A stretch of DNA of 64,000 bases from Tubulanus polymorphus (Eukaryota > Animalia > Nemertea): assembly GCF_964204645.1 (NCBI RefSeq), contig NC_134032.1, forward strand, positions 15,736,275 through 15,800,274. The letters are read 5' to 3'. The notes under the pieces were generated by a model. It had not been told where the DNA came from and searched no databases. It saw only the letters and a program-made list of their open reading frames with translations. Positions 62,750 through 64,000 of this stretch are shown here, one piece after another. Numbering within the stretch: position 1 is the stretch's first letter; each line of letters begins with the position of its first letter. A program made the position numbers and the translations under genes.

Positions 62750-63500
62750 TGTATTTTTCTGACCTTCTGATGAAAGGAGAGAGAATTTAAACCAATGAAT
62801 TAGCAATAGCGATTTTTCGAAAAATAGTGAATTTTTCTGACGATTTGATGAAAAGAGAGAATTTAAAACAATAAATCAAAAATATCGATATGATGCTCTG
62901 ACGAAAAGGAGAGAAGAAGAAGTTAAACCAATAAATTAGAAATAGCGATTTCTAGAAATAAGCGATTTTTTCTGACCTTCTGGAGCAAGCTGAGAGAATT
63001 TAAACCAATGAATCAGAAATAGTGATTTTTCAAAAAATAGTGAATTTTTCTGACGATTTGATGAAAAGAGAGAATTTAAACCAATAAATAAAAATATCGA
63101 TTTTTGGAAAAATATTGAATTTTTCTGATGCTCTGATGAAAAGAGAGAATTTAAACCAATGAATCAGAAATAGTGATTTTTGGAAAAATAGTGAATTTTT
63201 CGGATGCTCTGATGAAAAGAGAGAATTTAAACCAATAAATAAAAATATCGATTTTTGGAAAAATATTGAATTTTTCTGATGCTCTGATGAAAAGAGAGAA
63301 TTTAAACCAATAAATCAAAAATATCGATTTTTGGAAAAATAGTGAATTTTTCTGATGCTCTGATGAAAAGAGAGAATTTAAACCAATAAATCAAAAATAT
63401 CGATTTTTGGAAATATAGTGAATTTTTCTGATGCGCTGATGAAAAGAGAGAATTTAAACCAATGAATCAGAAATAGTGATTTTCAGAAAAATAGCAAATT
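62750..63500. repeat. About 76-bp AT-rich tandem repeat
   Basis: CTCTGATGAAAAGAGAGAATTTAAACCAAT...GAATTTTTCTGATG. Confidence 0.9.
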
Positions 63501-64000
63501 TAAGGGGACTAATTAGCACATAATACCTGTGTTCATTTCCCTCCACTGGCTTCCAGTACAGCAGCACATTGGCTATAGATTAGCTCCTCAGTATCTGTTA
63601 ATGTCGAGTATCGTCTCGCTCGCTTTGTTCCAGTAACAACAGACGGACGTCTCATTTTGCGTACAGACTAAAGTTCAGTGTCACAGCATTATCCCCCCTC
63701 AGGAACACTGCATAATAACTTCAGAATAATTCACAATTTCTATGAGACTTCAAGCGAGCGCTTAATCCCGGTGTAACTAAACTCTGCATAACTCATGTCT
63801 GGTGTATTTTCATATGATTTAATATTTTTATTTATTTTTTTAGAAAATGCCAAAAACAAGACGAATGTGGGAGGGTGGCCCTGCTGCCACTTCGTCCCCG
63901 TATTCACCAGTAAGTTCAAATTTAAACGTCTAATTCTTCTCCACGGTGACCGACACTATTTTGTACATAGTTTTGTATTAATATATTGATTTATTCATAC

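Noticed and set aside
62750-63500. CTGATGA in each 76-bp unit as tandem hammerheads (retrozyme-like)
   Set aside because: No stem II closing onto a GAAA and no matching stem I/III.

Overview
Eukaryotic (bilaterian invertebrate, probably lophotrochozoan; inferred from gene structure, U2 sequence and repeat types) genomic window. Left to right: the last three coding exons of an unidentified + strand gene (341-1328); an intact U2 snRNA gene (-); a complete 8-coding-exon cathepsin B gene (-, 337 aa) with TATA and MiT/TFE-type boxes; a divergent + strand unit whose predicted non-coding leader exons precede both an intronless GT32-family glycosyltransferase (19090-20085) and a 15-coding-exon TMCC/dementin gene (29257-51164, 637 aa) with several candidate first exons; then LINE (CR1/L2-type) and other transposon debris. 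Non-coding DNA holds about 30 mostly unrelated minisatellites, many apparently amplified in place from functional local sequence, plus PIF/Harbinger-type MITEs (CWG TSD), a 186-bp element with 5-bp TSD, and Penelope-type repeats carrying minimal hammerhead ribozymes. Most long ORFs in the supplied track are repeat artefacts. All exon models were derived by eye from splice signals and frame continuity and need RNA-seq confirmation.
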